Of a stretch of DNA of 64,000 nt, positions 60,256 through 64,000 are shown in pieces. The notes under the pieces were generated by a model that was not told the DNA's origin, made no database searches, and saw nothing but the letters and a program-made list of their open reading frames with translations. Position 1 is the stretch's first letter; each line of letters begins with the position of its first letter. The translations under genes and the position numbers were made by a program. The stretch covers positions 800,001 through 864,000 of the forward strand of contig CAXXMD010000003.1 of the NCBI GenBank assembly GCA_963675755.2, written 5' to 3'. This DNA is from a bacterium (GTDB lineage Bacteria > Zhuqueibacterota > Zhuqueibacteria > Residuimicrobiales > Krinioviventaceae).

Positions 60256-61671
60256 ATGAAAAAGTTTTCTCAATTGTTATTTATATTTTTTTCATTAACA
60301 ACTATTATTTTTGCTGCTGATCGTATCGTAAATGTCTATTATTATCCCTGGTATGATGTTACACGTCACTGGGGTGAAGGCTATCTCAGAGATCATCTCG
60401 TTCCTCAGCAAATGCCAATGCTTGGCGAATATTCAAATCGTGACAGCGAGATAATAGAACAGCATCTAGACTGGTCGGACAGCTATGGCATAGACAATTG
60501 GGTTTGCAGCTGGTGGGGACCCGACAGCTGGGAAGATGTAACCATTCTGGACCATATTGTCCCCCAAATGGAGAACCATCAAACAACTTATTGTTTACTG
60601 TATGAAGCGGCTGGACTTTTAAACCTCTCTAACGATGCCATTGAATTTGATAACGATAGGGCAGCAGCTTTGCGCAATCATTTCGATTACATGGCCCAAA
60701 ACCATTTCAATAATCCCCATTATCAAAAAATAGATGGCAGACCGGTAGTATATATCTATTTGACCCGCACCTTTACAGGTGATTATAAAAACGCATTGCA
60801 ACAGGTCCGTGACGACATGAACACCCTGGGATACAATGTTTACCTTGTTGGCGATGAAGTCTACTGGGGAGACGCAAATTATGAGCGAATTGCAACCCTG
60901 GATGCTATTACCGCTTACAACATGCACGGTCCGCATGAATACGCAGGCTATCCCCAGGATACCGGTTTTATTGAGGATGTAGCAGAAAAGTATGAATATT
61001 ACAGAAATGCCGCTCAAATATTGGGTGGGGGTGCCAAATTTATCCCCAAGATCATGCCCGGCTTTAATGACAGAGGCGTCCGGTTGGATGCGGACCACTA
61101 TATCATCCCCAACCAAGTCCACCCTGATTCCAGTCAAACCAGTACATTTGAGCATTTTGCAGATGCGGTGGAACACCTGATAGACCCTGATTTGAATATG
61201 GTATGCATTACCTCGTTTAACGAATGGCATGAAGATACACAGATAGAACCGACCATAAACACTGCAACCACCCAAACAGACGACAGTGAAAATAATGATT
61301 ATACTCAAAATTTCAGCTATACAGGTTACGGATTGGATTACCTGGAAATCATTCGGGATAAATACACTGACAATAATACAAGTGTAATGGATTCGGAACA
61401 AATCCCATCATCATTCAAGCTGCTACAAAATTATCCCAACCCCTTTAATCCTTCCACACAAATATCGTATAAACTTTTAACGTCGGGTCACGTCAAACTT
61501 TTAGTATATGATATTCAGGGCCGGGAAATACAACAACTTGTTGATGAATTTCAAAATCCGGGGATTTATCATTACTCGTTCAATGCAAAAACGCTGGCCA
61601 GTGGGATCTATTTTTACCGACTTTTCGGGAGCAATCAATCTATTACAAAAAAAATGGTGCTCCTGCAATGA
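60256..61671 (+). CDS. GH99-like glycoside hydrolase with a T9SS type A-like C-terminal domain
   Basis: YYYPWY; LGEYSN; SWWG; KIDGRPVVYIY; PGFND; ITSFNEWHEDTQIEP; QNYPNPFNPST...KKMVLLQ. Confidence 0.88.
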   Translation: MKKFSQLLFIFFSLTTIIFAADRIVNVYYYPWYDVTRHWGEGYLRDHLVPQQMPMLGEYSNRDSEIIEQHLDWSDSYGIDNWVCSWWGPDSWEDVTILDHIVPQMENHQTTYCLLYEAAGLLNLSNDAIEFDNDRAAALRNHFDYMAQNHFNNPHYQKIDGRPVVYIYLTRTFTGDYKNALQQVRDDMNTLGYNVYLVGDEVYWGDANYERIATLDAITAYNMHGPHEYAGYPQDTGFIEDVAEKYEYYRNAAQILGGGAKFIPKIMPGFNDRGVRLDADHYIIPNQVHPDSSQTSTFEHFADAVEHLIDPDLNMVCITSFNEWHEDTQIEPTINTATTQTDDSENNDYTQNFSYTGYGLDYLEIIRDKYTDNNTSVMDSEQIPSSFKLLQNYPNPFNPSTQISYKLLTSGHVKLLVYDIQGREIQQLVDEFQNPGIYHYSFNAKTLASGIYFYRLFGSNQSITKKMVLLQ

Positions 61672-61681
61672 ATCATAAGCC

Positions 61682-62479
61682 TTATTCCATCCAGCCATAA
61701 AACGTGCGGGTATATTTCCACTCTGTACCCGTTTTTTCATATTCTGCCGTACCTCCCGTACTCCACGAATCACGATAGAACAGAATTGCTTTGGGTTCAT
61801 CCTCATTCATAATCACCATTGAAACATGAGGAAAAGAATAATAATGAAAAGACGGCACCCAGTGATTATGATACAGCGCAAATTTGGATTCAAGAAAACC
61901 AACTTTATCCCACACATACTCCCAACTCTGCCATTCAGAGTTATAAAAACTCTCTAAACCGGAATATTCGGATATATAAAAATTAAGCACCTCTTTATAT
62001 CTGTCTGTTAAATAAAGCACATTTTGACCGGTATCCCGAACCTGTGGCCAGAACGGAGCTATTTCGTTAAAGTCCAATGCAGAATATTCAGACGCCGCAC
62101 CTACCCCGTATCGGCTTGAATCTACAACAATGTATACAATCTCATTCTGCAAAACCAGGTATTCAGACTCTAGATACTCTCTTGAAGGTTTGTAAAAATC
62201 ATAAAACAGTTGGTAAATTTCTTTATCCCAATCTGAATTATAATTTGGTTGATTTGCTTCTTGCGCATAAACTTTGTTCCAGGCATCACAAAAGGAATTC
62301 AACTGGTGTTGAGACTGGCTCGTATAAGCCGATCTCAATAAAACGTCTTCGGATTTTACCACATACATGGAATCTATGGGATGGTTGAACGAGATTACAA
62401 ACTCGTCGGGTTGGAATGGAGATTTTGTGGTTTCACAGAACAATAAAAACAGGAAAAATACGGGCAATAATTTTTTCAT
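61682..62479 (-). CDS. Hypothetical lipoprotein
   Basis: MKKLLPVFFLFLLF-C signal; aromatic-rich; no family recognised. Confidence 0.65.
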   Translation of the reverse strand: MKKLLPVFFLFLLFCETTKSPFQPDEFVISFNHPIDSMYVVKSEDVLLRSAYTSQSQHQLNSFCDAWNKVYAQEANQPNYNSDWDKEIYQLFYDFYKPSREYLESEYLVLQNEIVYIVVDSSRYGVGAASEYSALDFNEIAPFWPQVRDTGQNVLYLTDRYKEVLNFYISEYSGLESFYNSEWQSWEYVWDKVGFLESKFALYHNHWVPSFHYYSFPHVSMVIMNEDEPKAILFYRDSWSTGGTAEYEKTGTEWKYTRTFYGWME

Positions 62480-62596
62480 TTTTCTTCCCCTCATTTAACT
62501 CCTATAGTGTATAGAAAATCTAAATATGATGCAAGAGAAATACAAGATTAATATTAAATTGTGCTGACAAACCTGCTGTTCTCAAAAAACAATACC

Positions 62597-62736
62597 AGAA
62601 CACGAATGACACAAATGATACGAATTTTCACAATTTTTTCAAGGATACTAATTAATGATAATATATCTCTAGGATTAATACTAATACATCAAATACGATT
62701 TATGGAAATCAGTGTCATTCGTTTTTTTCGTGTTCT
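62597..62736. repeat. MITE/REP-like element with terminal inverted repeats
   Basis: AGAACACGAA (62597) / TTCGTGTTCT (62727-62736), plus inverted ACGAATGACAC / GTGTCATTCGT; AT-rich core. Confidence 0.6.
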
Positions 62737-62860
62737 ATCTCTTCCTTTGACTTTACAACCTTTCCTTCGCAGCATCTTTTATTTTACAAAAGATACCCGA
62801 TTTTATTCTTGAAATAAAACTATGCATTTACTATTTTGATCAAACCCAACAAAAGGATGT

Positions 62861-63958
62861 ATGATTATGAAAAACAGACGTGACTTTATAAAAACCGTAA
62901 CTGCCGCGGTCTGTACTGCCCCCTTTGCGGCTTGCAGCAAAAAAGAGGTTGATCCGCAAACCGTCAAAGGCGAATACGACCGGATATCTGATTTCTGCAA
63001 AAGCCTTGTGCCCATGAACCGGATATTAGAGATGGAAGGCTATTATGTCTGGTGCAATACCCCCATATACGGTCCGGACAACAAGGTGCATGTCTATCTA
63101 TCCCGATGGAAAGAAGAATACGGCATGAGCGGCTGGATCCACAAATGCGAGATTGCGCACGCGGTTGCGGATAAACCGGAAGGTCCCTATGAATATGTGA
63201 GTACCGTTCTCGCTCCCCGTCCGGGTTACTGGGATGCCACCACCTGCCATAATCCGCATATCCAGCATATTGATGGCAAATATTGTCTATTCTACATGGG
63301 CAATTCAAACGGCAAGACCAATACCAAACGAATCGGTCTGGCTACAGCAGACAGCCCCTACGGTCCATGGGAACGTCCGGACAAGCCCCTGCTTGAAGCA
63401 GGTAAACCCGGCAGTTGGGATGATCACTGCACCACCAATCCGGCATTCATCAAACATCCTAATGGACAATACTGGCTCTACTATAAATCCTGGAACACTG
63501 CCGATTATGAAGCGGCAAAAGGTAAACGCATACGCGGCAACCGTCAATATGGTCTGGCCATTGCAGACAATATCTACGGCCCCTATATCAAATACGACAA
63601 GAACCCGGTAATCGATTTCTCATACCTGGGCGAAAACCAACAGCTTGAAGACGCTTATGTGTGGGTGGAAGATAAAAAGATCAAACTCATTGCGCGGGAT
63701 ATGGGATTTTTTGATCATTTTGCGGGATTGTATTTTGAATCGGATGATGGTCTGAAATGGCCGGAACCGGAAATCGCTTTTTTTGGTACGGACCACTATT
63801 TTGAGCAGCCACCCAAACCCAAACACCTGAACCGATACGGACGGCTGGAACGCCCGCAATTGCTGCTCAAAGATGGTAAACCCGATTATCTGTTTACCAC
63901 TTCGCAAGGCGGTAAATATATGACGTCAAGCGGGTATGTATTTAAAATAAAATCCTGA
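62861..63958 (+). CDS. Tat lipoprotein, five-bladed beta-propeller glycoside hydrolase (GH43/32/68/117 clan-like)
   Basis: NRRDFIK and FAA-C; HAVADKPEGPY; CHNP; GLATADSPYGPW; TTNPA; LEDAYVW; RLERPQLL. Confidence 0.8.
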   Translation: MIMKNRRDFIKTVTAAVCTAPFAACSKKEVDPQTVKGEYDRISDFCKSLVPMNRILEMEGYYVWCNTPIYGPDNKVHVYLSRWKEEYGMSGWIHKCEIAHAVADKPEGPYEYVSTVLAPRPGYWDATTCHNPHIQHIDGKYCLFYMGNSNGKTNTKRIGLATADSPYGPWERPDKPLLEAGKPGSWDDHCTTNPAFIKHPNGQYWLYYKSWNTADYEAAKGKRIRGNRQYGLAIADNIYGPYIKYDKNPVIDFSYLGENQQLEDAYVWVEDKKIKLIARDMGFFDHFAGLYFESDDGLKWPEPEIAFFGTDHYFEQPPKPKHLNRYGRLERPQLLLKDGKPDYLFTTSQGGKYMTSSGYVFKIKS

Positions 63959-64000
63959 TTCAGTATGAATCTTTGATCGCTCAGTAAACCGCAAGTTGGC

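Noticed and set aside
60619-61401. Long antisense ORFs (260 aa here; also 22701-23369 and many shorter ones)
   Set aside because: They are shadows of well-supported genes on the opposite strand, lacking RBSs and recognisable motifs.

Overview
64-kb bacterial chromosomal segment. It most likely comes from a Shine-Dalgarno-using FCB-group lineage outside Bacteroidota (KSB1/Calditrichota-like). This is inferred from NYPNPFNP/FlgD-Ig secretion tails, TonB receptors of the CarboxypepD_reg-plug-barrel type, a PorV-like barrel, strong GGAGG RBSs and canonical -35/-10 promoters. 1-25.3 kb is a cell-surface locus of two convergent units that meet at a bidirectional terminator. On the + strand, a TonB-dependent receptor is followed by four tandem paralogous Cys-Trp lipoproteins with a diversified middle. 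On the - strand, a ~19-kb operon encodes a TonB receptor loaded with Dx(D/N)x(D/N)G Ca-binding-type loops, a partner protein with a variant secretion tail, a PorV/PorQ-like barrel, a secreted protein whose M30-like zinc-peptidase motif is degenerate (HQLLR), a TPR lipoprotein and two large acidic, apparently non-catalytic secreted proteins. Its leader holds a promoter, a Phe-rich uORF, an intrinsic terminator and a palindrome. This locus is the best candidate for an undescribed system. 25.7-46.7 kb is mostly housekeeping: engB-clpX-clpP-tig-tRNA-Leu, two flavodoxin-domain genes, bshA-epimerase-bcp-larA, lepA-ABC (frameshifted permease)-lepB-lepB-hemW, LEA2, RDD, parvulin, MgtC/DUF4010 and DUF523-DUF1722. 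46.8-57.3 kb is a TetR / CDP-alcohol phosphatidyltransferase / RND-TolC cassette with two visible TTCGACC-N13-GGTCGAA operators, flanked by two 485-aa TPR lipoprotein paralogs. 57.5-64 kb holds a thioesterase, an alpha/beta hydrolase, three glycoside-hydrolase-like genes and a MITE-like inverted repeat. No CRISPR array, rRNA, transposase, integrase or reverse transcriptase was seen. All family calls come from motif recognition by eye, with no database searches.
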